Positions 14,461 to 27,686 of a DNA stretch of 64,000 nt are shown here, one piece after another. The notes beneath the pieces were generated by a model that saw nothing but the letters and a program-made list of their open reading frames with translations, searched no databases and was not told the DNA's origin. Positions within the stretch are counted from its first letter, which is position 1. Every line of letters begins with the position of its first letter. Made by a program: the position numbers and the translations under genes. The stretch is from Octopus vulgaris (lineage: Eukaryota): assembly GCA_951406725.2 (NCBI GenBank), contig OX597835.1, forward strand, positions 34,348,001 to 34,412,000, read 5' to 3'.

Positions 14461-16504
14461 GAGTGAGAGAGGAGTGCATGCCATCAAAGTGACACTGGGG
14501 TAAAATATACGAAGCCCAATATACCCATCATGACTACCCAAGAGGAAAAAACACAAGCCCTGGGTGACGAAGAAGGTTAAACGAGAACGTCGACTCAGAG
14601 ATATTGCTGGAGAACAGCGATAATCCGCCCAATTTTCAAGAAAGGGAGCCGCGAAGACCCGCTTAACTACCGACCGGTTTCCCTTACATCAATAATCAGC
14701 AAGATGTTCGAAACCATCCTTAAGAAAAGTATGATGCTCCACCTCCTAAACACAGCCTCGATCACTGATTCCCAACACGGCTTCGTGCCGAAGAGATCAT
14801 GCTTGACCAACTTACTAGTAATGGAAGAATTGGTGATGCGCATCCTCGATGATAGTGATGCTGTTGACATCGTTTTATTGGACTTTGCCAAAGCTTTTGA
14901 CTCGGTAAACCACCGCCTACTACTTGTCAAGCTTCAAGCATATAGTTTCCATCCGGATATTGTACGATGGGTTGGTGCCTTCCTCTCAGATCGCTCCTTC
15001 CAAGTTCAAGTTAATGGTTCACGGTCCGACGTCTCCAGTGCGAGCAGTGGCGTGCCTCAAGGTTTAGTGCTTGGGCCCTTGTTGTTCTTAGTCTTCATAA
15101 ATTACTTGCCCGACGACCTCACGCAACACACCCTTCTATTTGCCGACGATATCAAACTGGTCGCTCCTCGCGGTAGTATAGAGGATCTTCGTCGATGCCT
15201 CCACCAAATTTGGAAGTGGTCTAACGATTGGGACCTGTGTCTGAACGTGTCAAAGTGCTGTCATCTGCCTGTCGGTTCTACTCCTGCAACTCAACTTGAT
15301 TTCGAGCCGGGTCGTCTGCTTCTGGAGAGGACCGATCAGGTAAAGGACCTGGGTATCTTGGTGGATTCCTCCTTTTCGCCTTCGGCCCAGTGCGTCCATG
15401 CTGCCAACAAAGCACGCGGAATTCTGTTTTTGATTCGACGGTCATTCGGAATGCTCACAGCAGCCATTTTCCTGCCACTCTATGTCACGCTGGTGAGACC
15501 CATATTGGAGTATGGGATTCAAGCCTCTTCTCCTTATCTCCTCAAAGACATACAGCATCTCGAAAGAGTCCAGAGGCTGGCTACCCGCATGGTTCATGGT
15601 CTCAAAAATTTGTCCTACGAAGAAAGGCTGAGGACGCTCGACCTTTATTCTCTTGAAAAACGCCGCCGCCGTGGTGATCTCATTCTCGCCCACAACATCA
15701 TAAGCGGGAAGTGTAACCTCTCGAAAGAGCTGTTCTTCACTCCTGCTCCGGAGCGTCGGCTGCGGGGTCATTCCGAAAAGCTCTACCTGCGACGATTTCA
15801 TCTCAATCGAAGGAGAGGAGCTTTCTCCGTCCGGGTTGCGGATCCGTGGAACAAGCTGCCAGACGAGATGGTGAAGATGCCGACGACCGCTTTGTTCAAA
15901 GCCTCCCTGGACCTCAAGTGGCCTGAACTCTTTACATGAACACCACCCTGTACTTAACTCCATGTCCCCCTACATGGCCTTGCTATTTGCTTTTGAGCCA
16001 AATTAACTAACTAACTAACTAACTACCCGTCTGATAAAGGTACACCAGGCACATGCATCACAACCATATGTGCGCGACATGGTGATTTCATATCAAGATA
16101 AACAGCACATGACCTTGCAGGTGGGGCCCAGTTAGAATTTTCTTCAGGTTGAGTAGCCCAACCCGCTCAAAAGGTCCCTGAATAAGGGTTGTTTAAGGAT
16201 GTTGAAAGAACCACCCATGTTTCCAGAGGTGAATTATTCAAACCCCAAAGAATCCCTCTCAACACATGGCTATGATGCTCCCCCACTACTTCTGCTCGTG
16301 ATCAGAGATGCACATATCGTCAGCCACTAAGGGACATGCTCAACTGGTTAAGGTCAAACAACTGACAAGCAAATCTGTGGTATTGAGCAGAATATTTGCT
16401 GTAGCCCATCTTTTATACCAAGACAAAACAATGTACATGATAACACTTCCAATCAGTTAAGATCAGAAGCCATGAGAGCCACTGCCTGGTACTGCATCAG
16501 GGCA

Positions 16505-16505
<1 letters not shown>
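14461..16505. mobile_element. ~560-bp non-coding element embedded in (TTA)n, interrupted by a LINE
   Basis: 14461-14539 plus 16029-16505 reconstitute one unit; (TTA)n directly on both sides. Confidence 0.6.
14540..16021 (+). mobile_element. 5'-truncated CR1/L2-group LINE, RT region open (14704-15939)
   Basis: [46 protein letters not shown]; (TAAC)n tail; TSD actaccc at 14533-14539 and 16022-16028. Confidence 0.93.
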
Positions 16506-16718
<213 letters not shown>

Positions 16719-16973
16719 TAAGGCGGCGTGCCGGCGGAATGGTTAGCACGCCGGGCGAAATGCCTAGCGGTATTTCGTCTGCCGCTACGTTCTGAGTTCA
16801 AATTCCGCCGAAGTCGACTTTGCCTTTCATCCTTTCGGGGTCGATTCTATCGGTCACTTTTTGCCGAACCGCTAAGTTACGGAGACGTAAACAAACCACC
16901 ATCGGTTGTCAATCGATGCTGGAGGAACAAATACCGACACACAAACATATACATTCACACTCACACACACACA

Positions 16974-17020
<47 letters not shown>

Positions 17021-17569
17021 GTATATATATATATATATTTGTATATATACGACGGGCTTCTTTCAGTTTCCGTCTACTAAATCCACTCACAAGACTTTGG
17101 TCGGCCCTGGCTATAGTAGAAGAAACTTGCCTAAGGTGCCACGCAGCGGGACTGAACCCAGAACCATGTGGTTGTTAAGCAAGCGACTTACCACACAGCC
17201 ACTCCTATGATTTTGCTGAAAGAGCGCGTTAAGATTAAAATAACCTTAATTCTCCTGGACGACCTTTCCAAATAATAAATGGAGCATTCAGTTTTCATTT
17301 TCGGCTTCCCTTTCCCTAAATACATTTTCTTATATTTCTTTGAAGGTTTTGGTTTTTGTCATTTATTTTGTTCTTTTTTGTGGGCATTTTTTAGTAACTT
17401 TTTGTGAACTAAAGTTTTCGAATTTGACCGAAGGCAGAGCTTGACCGTCAACATACTTTGTGATTTTAAGCTTTTGTCGATTGTTAACATGATTTTTGAT
17501 AACATGCGCTGGTCTTAAAATTTTCTTCGTAACGAGGCATTTTTGTTTTTGATTTTATATTCTTTTATT

Positions 17570-18360
17570 CTCTTATGCGTTTCAGCCCAAAGGGCTATGA
17601 CCTTACTGTGACACCGTCAGTATAATCACCTCTTCAACGGCCATTCTCTCGTGATTGGCTTTTGGTGAAAGAGGGAATTCGATATTGCTGTCCTCTTTGA
17701 GTTTCATGCAGTGATGTAGTTTCACCTGGAACCTTGGATAGTAGAAGGTCAAGCTGTTTCTTGAAAAAAAATCTACTCCATTCCATGCAGATCTCTGAGG
17801 AGTTTTGGCAGGACATTAAATAGCTGTGACCCTTTGAATCCTAAGGTTTTGCAGTGCCTAGTCCTCACGCAAGACGGGGTGGGTGGGGCCTTTGGAACAG
17901 AGCAGTGACGTCCAGTTCAGGGAATTGGTATAATCCTTGATGCCAAGGTTTGGTGCCAATCCCTCTAGTATCGCCGTAGTTATATCACTGCATATCTCTC
18001 CTGGGAGTAGAGTGGTAATTCTTTTAGTTTCACCCAATAACTCAACTGTTCTATTGATGTGATCTTCCTACTGTAGCACTGCTAAACTGCCTCAAGTTTC
18101 GCTATAAATTTAACTCCGTAGGGTGACTGTAGTTGAGAGCAGTAGTCCAGACGGCTGAAGACAAATGTCCTTCATAGATCCAGTATAGCTTCTTGGCCCC
18201 TTTCTCTGAAGATTCTCAGAACCCATCCAGGCATTTGCCTGCACATCTTGGGGGTATGAACAAGAAAGGAGGAGTCATTGTACATATCAATCCCGATATC
18301 ATACACTGTGTTTGATTCTGGGATTACGGCTCGCTTTGACCCAAAGTATCTTTGTTGCGG
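17570..18360 (-). pseudogene. Decayed 3' part of a CR1/L2-group LINE related to 56741-58228
   Basis: Minus-strand peptides GWVLRIF and FFKKQLDLLLSKVPGETT parallel GWILRTF and FKMKLDLFLSGVPDEPT. Confidence 0.75.
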
Positions 18361-19314
18361 CATATTAGCGCAAACTGACTGATAGCAGAAATACCCCGCT
18401 CCTTCCTTCCTTCCTTATATACATACGTACGTACATACATACACACATACACACACACACACACGTACATACATACATACATACATGCATACATACATAC
18501 GTACATACATACATACATACGTACATAAATACATACATACACACATACGTACGTACATACATACTTACATACATAAATACATACACACATACATACATAC
18601 GTACATGAATAAATACATACATACATACATACATACATACATACATACATACATACATGCATAAGTTAACCAATACTTGGATGTTCTGTAGTGATATCGC
18701 TATCAAAGCAATGTCTTAGATGTTCTGCCCTGGTACATCTGCCTCACAACACGCTAAGTTGTAGGTCAGTTTGACCGGAACATTATCAAACAGCTGTATA
18801 CTTCTAATATAAATACTGCATATATTTTCATAAATAAACTAATCTAACATCTTCAATCATTGTAGGAGAGACCAAGCTAGGTTAGCTGAGGTTAGATTAG
18901 TTTGTTTATGAAAATATACAAAATATTCGCTCTCAATCACGTCTCTCGGTATGGATTTCATCAGTAAATTTTTTCTTTTTCTTTTTACCATAATTTTTAC
19001 CAAATAATTTTTTCGCTATGAACATCTATGGTCTAATTTATTTGAACGATCAACAACTGCTAAAGATGCCATCAAGATACTACGTCCCAGCAAGACAGTT
19101 GCTAAAACTATACGCAGTGCTATCCCCAAAAAACAGGCTCTCCTGGGTCGACGGGCTTCTTTCAGTTTCCGTCTACCAAATCCACTCACAAGGCTTTGGT
19201 CGACCCGAGGCTATAGTAGAAGACACTTGATCAAGGTGCCACGCAGTGGGACTGAACCCGGAACCATGTGGCTGGTAAGCAAGCTACTTACCACACAGCC
19301 ACTCAGTAAAACTT

Positions 19315-19680
19315 CTAGCGCAAACACAACAGGTAGGATATCTTTTGGGAGGACAAACAAGAAAAAGGTGTAAACCATCACAGACTTCAGCTGCCCAACT
19401 GATGTGAATATCTTTGAAGATCAAAGAGAAAGAAAATAACTACAGTCAGTTGCTTCGAAACCTCAAGCTTCTGTATAAAGATTATAAATCTATACCAGTA
19501 ATAACTGGTGTTTTTGTTTTTGTGCGTAAATACCTAACTGACCATCAGGAAAGGCTGAGGTTGTCATTCAAAAAAATCAACTAACACGCACTTTACAGAT
19601 ATAATCTGTAAACGGAGCAATAAAAATATGCAAGATTTTTCTAAAGTTACAAAATGCGAATTTGCTTTGGTTACATTCCA
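19315..19680 (+). pseudogene. Decayed C-terminal restriction-like endonuclease region of an RLE-type non-LTR element (R4/Dong- or NeSL-like)
   Basis: Reconstructed across frameshifts: KHNR*DI...TDFSCPTDVNI..KIKEKENNYSQLLRNLKLLYKDY..IPVITG (PD-(D/E)xK-type pattern). Confidence 0.6.
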
Positions 19681-19937
19681 AAGACGAAGTTATGTATCGT
19701 TATTAAAATGTTACTCCTTCCTTACGGGAAGACTTCCAGTAATTAAACAGAAGAGAGCATAAATATCCGGTCACTGTCATCTAAATACTTTCAAAAACCC
19801 ACTTTCTGCTATGTAGACTGGTATATTTTTCTTTCGTGAAGAGAAATTCGAAAATAATTCAGAACACCCGGGAGTATACACATCCATATAGGTATATGCA
19901 TACATACATGCGCGCACACACACTCAATCATTGATAC

Positions 19938-20017
<80 letters not shown>

Positions 20018-20033
20018 ATATATATATATATAT

Positions 20034-21189
20034 TGTTACGGAACGGAATCACCCGTCGTCGCCCGTCCCGAACGGCTCACACAAGTTCCGCCACGGAACC
20101 CAAAGAGGCGGAGAGAGGAGATACAGATAGATACTGCCACAACCTCAACAGCACAGATACAGAGGCACAACCCGAGATACAACCCAAAGAGGCAAGGCAA
20201 CAACTGGCAACACTGGCTTATATTCAAACAACAGTTTATACGACAATTATAATTGTTACAACATCAAGATACATCAAAGCATGCACGTGACTACTCAATA
20301 CATAATACAACAGCATTTCAAGAGTACAACTCAAAGCATAATACAACATCATGTAACAATTCAAGAGTACACGTCCCAAGACAACAGTTCTTTAAAGTCT
20401 CTTCCTAAACATCACAATCAACAAGTCCTTTACTCTTCTTCTTCACAATGTCCTTTATCGACTATATCAAAGTCCTTCTTTTTCTCTCTCTTTCTCTTTC
20501 TTTTCTTTTACAGTCTCTTTACATCGTGACACAAATCAATGCACAAAACACATACCTCAATTCCCAATTGAATCTGCCAGTGTCCCATTCCTCTCAATCC
20601 TGCCAATTCCTCTGAATACTGCTAAATCCTTCTGTACATATCCCTTCTGCATATTCCAATCGTTTGCTCCTCAAATCCCAAGATCCCTGCTGATCTGTCC
20701 AAGATCCGTCTGTGTTCTTCCACGACCGCTCAACCGACCGCAAGATCCGTCTGTGTTCTTCGACGACCAACTACCAACTGCCCAGACCTCACTTCGTCTC
20801 TGTGCTTCTTCCACTCCCTCATCTCCCTCTGTACCGCTCATACCCTCTCTAACTGCCCTGGTCCCTATACTCTATCTATATCCTCAATCTGTCCCTTACT
20901 GCTTATCCTTTCTATCTGCTCTCTGAGCCTTACTCTATCGCTATCGCCTGCCAGACTCTTCCTCTCTATCTGTCCCTTTTCTCTTACACTCTATCTCTAT
21001 TTGCTCTCAGCCCTTAATCTGTCTTCCTCTCTCTCACATTCTCCTGACCCTCTTCTCAGCCGCACGAGGTCACAGGTCATTCCAAAACCCATCAGTCCTC
21101 CATTTGACAAAAGACTGTCACATTTTCACCAGACATGATGGTGCCATTATTCCTATGTGGGTCAGAAACACTGCACTAGTTAAACCCGT

Positions 21190-21193
<4 letters not shown>
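20034..21193. mobile_element. Solo-LTR-like element in (TA)n
   Basis: TGTTACGG...CCGTAACA termini, ATAT on both sides, ~1.16 kb, no long ORF; diverged inverted homolog at 52263-53416. Confidence 0.7.
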
Positions 21194-21261
<68 letters not shown>

Positions 21262-21263
<2 letters not shown>

Positions 21264-21496
21264 AATATTAGGGAATGAATCCAAAATTACAGGGAAAAAT
21301 CAGATTTAGGGTTAAATCCAATTTTATAGTAAAATATTATATAATATAATTCGAGACAAAACCACTATTTTAAAACCAAACAAGGAAAGACTTAATCAAT
21401 ACATAAAATTTTAATATAATTTATTAAATTATATTAAAATTTTATGTATTGATTAAGTCTTTCCTTGTTTGGTTTTAAAATAGTGGTTTTGTCTCG

Positions 21497-21504
<8 letters not shown>
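21262..21504 (-). repeat. Perfect palindrome (80-bp arms, 21344-21504) with ~80-bp unique tail, in (TA)n
   Basis: Arms reverse-complement about position 21424. Confidence 0.9.
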
Positions 21505-21564
<60 letters not shown>

Positions 21565-21610
21565 GCGCACATACTCACACACTCACACACAAACAAACAC
21601 GCACATGCAC

Positions 21611-21641
<31 letters not shown>

Positions 21642-21649
21642 TATATATT

Positions 21650-21860
21650 CAAAATGTGACCGCGTGTGTACCGCTGGCGATTTTTTTTCCTTCATCTTCC
21701 CTTCTCTGGATCTTTCCTTTTCCTATGTTTCTGACGAAGAGCTCCGCTCGAAACATTAAACCCTCCTCCTTCCCTTCCTTCCTGAGCGTCCAACAATACT
21801 ATATTTGTTCCACGTCTTAGTGTTGTTGTGTTTTCTCTTTGTGTTTTCATGTTTGGATTA

Positions 21861-21863
<3 letters not shown>
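21650..21863 (+). mobile_element. Short TA-embedded element with PLE-type hammerhead-like motif (21727-21761); relatives at 10045-10128 (+, partial) and 41218-41428 (-)
   Basis: GTTT-CTGACGA-A-GAGC-tcc-GCTC-GAAAC-ATT-AAAC; shared 3' end gtttggattaac; the 41315-41349 copy reads GAAACGTC. Confidence 0.7.
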
Positions 21864-21938
<75 letters not shown>

Positions 21939-22523
21939 AGTGGAAATAGATGCACTCCGTGAGCGATGAAAGTGCTGTACTGGGTGTAGCACTTGATAGC
22001 ATTGATATCTGATCATATGCTCTTTATAAATTGCATTTATAATTTACCATCATCGATTATCGAATGCAGAATTATGTGTAATGAATGAATACCAAGTTCA
22101 TGCTCCTTGTTTTTCTCTCACAAGACAGACAGACAGATAGATTGGTAAGTTGCATACATACATATATACATTAATGCATTTACATTGGAGGAGGCCCTTT
22201 TCGGTCATGAATGACCATGGGATTGCACCTAGAAAGTTACCCTCCGAGGCACAAGTCCGGGCAAGGTTGTTTATAGAAGGCCAGCAGTCGTCCATGCATA
22301 CCGGCCTCCCCTCTCCACACCACTGATGTTATCCAAGGGAAAGGCAAAGACTGATACAGCTTGGCACCAGTGATGTCGCAACTCATATCTACAGCTGAGT
22401 GAACTGGAATAACATGAAACAAAGTTTCTTGCTCAAGAACACAACTCGCAGCCCGGTCAGGAAATCAAACTCACAATCTCACGATCGTAAGCTCTACACT
22501 CTAACCACTGAGCCATGCGCCTT

Positions 22524-22616
<93 letters not shown>

Positions 22617-22977
22617 CTCTTTACTCTTTTTACTCTTTTACTTGTTTCAGTCATGTGACTGTGGCCATGCTGGAGCACCGCCTTTAGTCGAGCAAATCGA
22701 CCCCGGGACTTATTCTTTGTAAGCCCAGTACTTATTCTATCGGTCTCTTTTGCCGAACCGCTAAGTGACGGGGACGTAAACACACCACCATCCGTTGTCA
22801 AGCTAGGGGGACGAACACAGACACACACACATATACATATACATATATATATACGACAGGCTTCATTCGGTTTCCGTCTACCAAATCCACTCACAAGGTA
22901 TTGGTCGGCCCGAGGCTATAGCAGAAGACACTTGCCCAAGGTGCCACGCAGTGGGACTGAACCCGGAACCATGTGGT

Positions 22978-23038
<61 letters not shown>

Positions 23039-23191
23039 TAGTATGTATGTGTGCATTTATAACAAGCTCTACAAATACAGATATAAACACACTGGCATAT
23101 ACATGCAAGCATAAACTTACAAACCCAAACACACACACACAAACACATGTATCCAACGTCTCGTTCTCATTGCAAAACTTGTTTCTACCTG

Positions 23192-23224
<33 letters not shown>

Positions 23225-23325
23225 CTGTGTGTAAGTGTATGTATATGTGGGTGTGAGTGTATGTGTTCGTCGTTGTGTACACAAATAAATTATAATTAAT
23301 ACACCTTTGCAAAGGATATATATAT

Positions 23326-23367
<42 letters not shown>

Positions 23368-23471
23368 CTGTGTGTTACGTGTGTATATTTGTGTGCGCAT
23401 GCGCATACATGGGCATAAATATTAGTAGACAGTTTTACATTTAGAGCAGGTTGAAGCACATTGAAGCATAT

Positions 23472-23509
<38 letters not shown>

Positions 23510-23521
23510 AATGTATGTATG

Positions 23522-23617
<96 letters not shown>

Positions 23618-24061
23618 GTATATATGGATTCAGGACGTCACGAACGGTGCAAATAACATGAAATCGTAAACAACGAGAAGAAAATGGAGAGTGTGAACAA
23701 AGAGAACCAATTTATTTACAGGTTGTCAATTTTGTGTCGCCTATGTGTGTGTGTGTGTATTCATACATACATCTGGCTGAGTGGTAATAGCAGAGAAAGA
23801 TTGGTTATTTCCCCGTATAAGACAGGAAAAAGACCCCAGCACTCCCAAGAGCCGTTTAGTTTAACTGTAGAGCACACAGCCGATACCTGAGGGGTACAGG
23901 GTTCGGTTCCTATAGCCGCCTGCTGGTAAAATTTTTTTCCGTCTTTCTCTGCTGTTTTCATACCAAAATACGTACAGTAAATATACGCACCATAAAGTAG
24001 TGTAGCCAAGTAAACGAATTCATAAAATCAGCTGTGTGGTCTTATTTATTGGTCTTCGGAG

Positions 24062-24448
24062 TGGAGGCGCAATGGCCCAGTGGTTAGGGCAAGCGGACTC
24101 GCGGTCGTAGGATTGCGGTTTCGATTCCCAGATCGGACGTTGTGAGTGTTTATTGAGCGAAAACACCTAAAGCTCCACGACGCTCCGGCAGGGGATGGTG
24201 GTGATCCCTGCTGTACTCTTTCACCAAAACTTTCTCTCACTCTTACTTCCTGTTTCTGTTGTACCTGTATTTCAAAGGGCCGGCCTTGTCACTCTCTGTG
24301 TCACGCTGACTATCCCCGAGAACTACGTTAAGGGTACACGTGTCTGTGGAGTGCTCAGCCACTTACACGTTAATTTCACGAGCAGGCTGTTCCGTTGATC
24401 GGATCAACCGAAACCCTCGTCGTCGCAACCGACGGAGTGCTTCCATCC
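24062..24448 (+). mobile_element. Full-length tRNA(Arg)-like SINE (family B) with 14-bp TSD
   Basis: Head gtggaggcgcaatggcccagtggttaggg..gactcgcggtc..ggtttcgattccc; attggtcttcggag on both sides; related copies 25235-25520, 30130-30385, 61275-61567 (-). Confidence 0.9.
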
Positions 24449-24462
24449 ATTGGTCTTCGGAG

Positions 24463-24959
24463 CTCATATTGCACTGTAGTTCCAATAGTTAGGCGTCGTT
24501 GTCACTCGTAATTCCCGTCGTTGTTTTGAATTCAGATTTGTTTCCGTCTGTTTATCGGCTACTTTTGCATTCCCATTTATTTGTGACTTTATTTTTTTCC
24601 CCCAAAATGGCTCCAAAATAAACGTCATAGTGAAAGTGCTAAGCGCCATGCTGTAACGCTGGGTATGATAAAACGTCATGAAAAAGGTGAAAAATTGGTA
24701 GCAATTGCACGATCTTTTGGGATGAGTCGGACAACTGTATCGAAAATTGTACATAAGGACAAAATTCAGCACTTATCAGATCTGAAGCCCCAGAGATCAA
24801 TAAGAAAAGAGGCAAGTACAGAACTGGGAATGGTTATTACTGGTTTAGCCTAGAGGCAAGTAAATTCGGCCTGGCCTAGTTAATTCGACTTAAGTCGTTT
24901 TTCGTCTCAAGTCGTGTCTCCTGGAACCAATTAATGACGTAGGGAGAGATATGCCTGTA
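24463..24959 (+). mobile_element. pogo/Tigger-like deletion derivative
   Basis: IKRHEKGEKLVAIARSFGMSRTTVSKIV resembles the CENP-B/psq-type HTH; ends in gatatgcctg followed by TA (Tigger-like TIR). Confidence 0.7.
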
Positions 24960-24973
24960 CATATAATATATCT

Positions 24974-25033
24974 GGTGGCGTGACCGAGCAGTCTAAGGCG
25001 CTGGTTTAAGGCATTAGTCTCACCGGAGGCGGG
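24974..25033 (+). pseudogene. 3'-truncated tRNA-Leu(AAG)-like copy
   Basis: ggtggcgtgaccgagcagtctaaggcgctggtttaaggcattagtctcaccggaggcg follows the tRNA-Leu D-arm, anticodon and long variable arm; T-arm and acceptor 3' strand missing. Confidence 0.8.
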
Positions 25034-25095
25034 TAGTGAAGTAAATGTTAGTATAAGCGAACTGACCTGCCTAACTCAATATTCCTTACTTCTCA

Positions 25096-25164
<69 letters not shown>

Positions 25165-25519
25165 ACACACACACACACACACAGACATGCGCACACACAC
25201 ACTCTCTCTCTCTCCCTCTCTCTAGATATATATATCACCGTGATCATCGTGACCGACCTGGCTATCAGATGTTGCAACATATCGCTGGTCACAATGCGCT
25301 TCGCATTGTTTCAGCCTCCAAATGACGCCACCTCACTAGCTAAGCGAGCAGGCCAACAGAAGAAAGAGTGAGAGAAAGTTGTACAGCAGGGATCGCCACC
25401 AACCTCTGCCGGGGCCTCGTGGAGCTTTAGGTGTTTTCGCTCAATAAACACTCACAACGTCCGATCTGGGAATCGAAACCGCGATCCTACGACCGCGAAT
25501 CCACTGAGCCACTGCGCCT

Positions 25520-25594
<75 letters not shown>

Positions 25595-25620
25595 CATATA
25601 TATATATATTCTAGCAAAAA

Positions 25621-25658
25621 CTGTCTGATGAACGGCAACGAGAAACTCAGAGTAACAG
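25621..25658 (+). ncRNA. Compact type I hammerhead motif in an ~85-bp insert between (TA)n tracts
   Basis: CTGT-CTGATGA-ACG-gcaa-CGA-GAAAC-TCAGA-GTA-ACAG; homolog at 45987-46024 has stem II ACG/CGT. Confidence 0.75.
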
Positions 25659-25690
25659 ATTTTGCTGAATTTTCTGCTGCTTAAAATAAA

Positions 25691-25773
<83 letters not shown>

Positions 25774-26837
25774 ATTGCGTAGACGCACACTCACATGTAT
25801 ACGTGTCGAAAGACAGAGAGAGGAAGAGATGAGGAAGAAGAGAGACAGAAAGAAAGAGCGACAGAATGTTCAATACGTGTTTTATGTCCTAGTTACCACA
25901 TTTCACCCATACCTACTTTTATACTGTTAGTAATTGTCTGTGGGCGCCGTCCGGTTGTCAAACAAGCTGAAACATGGAACATCTATCCTCTTCTATAACA
26001 GATGTTCAGTACTAAAAAAAAGAAAAGAAAAGAAACACCGCGTTAAATGAATCAAAAATATATGAATATGAGAACATATGAGAAAATTAGGTTTTCATTA
26101 CGAAAGCCAAAAATGTCCTTGAGCATTGTGAATAATCGCTGAGGACATAGTTTTGGAACCCAAGCAGGATCTCTGATTTGTCACCTACCCGTGTTATGAA
26201 TAATCAATCCGCGATAAAAGTAACATGATTAACAATTGAGCGTACTGTGTTACCCCGTATCTGTGATAAGTGAGTCCGAAGATGGATGTATTTTCTTTAT
26301 CAGTGGATCATTGGATTACGGCGTGTCGTTCCAGTGATACGGATTTACTGGATCAAGGAGATTATTTCCAAAATCTACTATCATGAGCAACTCGCTCTAA
26401 AACAACAGATTCACACAAACATACACACATACAAATGGATATATAAATATAAACATATATATATATACACACACACGCACAAACATGAACATATACATGT
26501 CTGTGTGTGTGCGCGCGCGTGTGTGTACATATACACACATATATATACATTCATATACATATATATAGTATGCATGTATGCACGTATGTATGTATGTATG
26601 TATGAATGTATGTATGTTTGTATGTATGCATGCATGCATGCATGTATGTATGCATGTATGTATGTATGTATGTATGCATGTATGTATGTATGTATGTATG
26701 CATGTATGTATGCATGTATGTATGTATGTATGTATGTATGTATGTATGTATGCATGTATGTATGTATGCATGTATGTATGTATGTATGTATGTATGTATG
26801 TATGTATGTATGTATGTATGCATGTATGTATGTATGT

Positions 26838-27686
26838 CAGTTGATACCATCTCTGGCAAGGGCTTTGAAATAAAACCAAGAAGTTCCAGACACCCAGCTG
26901 AGTACTTGACAGACACTGACTTTGCTGACGACATCGCTCTTATCAGTGATTCTCTCTCCAATGCCCAGTCTCTTTTACAATCTCTTGAACAAGCCTCAAA
27001 TTGTGTAGGTCTTTACCTTAATGAGACCAAAACTGAATACATAAACAAGTGCCTGTCCAACAGTGATTGCATCATCCACACTCTCAACAGTGCACCTTTA
27101 AATATGGTTTCTGATTATAAATATCTTGGGTCATACATATCATCATCTGGAAAAGACTTTCTAACTAGAAAGGGTATGGCCTGGTCAGCCTGTAATGACA
27201 TGCATAAGATCTGGTCATCAAATCTAAGTAGAGACTTCAAACTTGAAATATTCAAAGCCACAGTCGAACCAATCCTACTATATGGCTCAGAAACCTGGAC
27301 GTTATCAAAGAAGCTTGAGAGGCGGTTGGATGGAACCTACACTCGCCTCCTTATGAGAGCTCAAAATCTCTCGTGGAGGCGCCATCCAACTAAAATGCAA
27401 ATATATGGGAAATTACCACCTGTGTCATCTCTTGTGAAGGATAGGAGAGTCCAGTTTGCTGGACATTGTTGTAGAGCTGAAAAGGAAGTAATTTCTACTC
27501 TTCTCCTCTGGAAGCCATCTACTCGCAACACCAGAGGGCGCACACTCTCCTACCCTGATGTAATCTCCAGGGATACAGGCATCCAGCAACAGGACCTCCG
27601 TAATGCTATGATGGACCGTGAAGTCTGGCGCAACATGGTAAATTCCATTGTCTCGACCACGGTCGAACGATGATGATGATGATGAT
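26838..27686 (+). mobile_element. 5'-truncated RTE-type LINE inserted in (TATG)n
   Basis: DTDFADDIALIS, YKYLGS, ILLYGSETW, QFAGHC; ORF runs into a (GAT)n tail. Confidence 0.88.

Noticed and set aside
24062-24135. tRNA-like heads considered as tRNA genes
   Set aside because: They continue into SINE bodies with tails and TSDs; the cloverleaf is incomplete
26606-26837. MYVC-repeat N-terminus of the 355-aa ORF
   Set aside because: (TATG)n microsatellite upstream of the RTE truncation point
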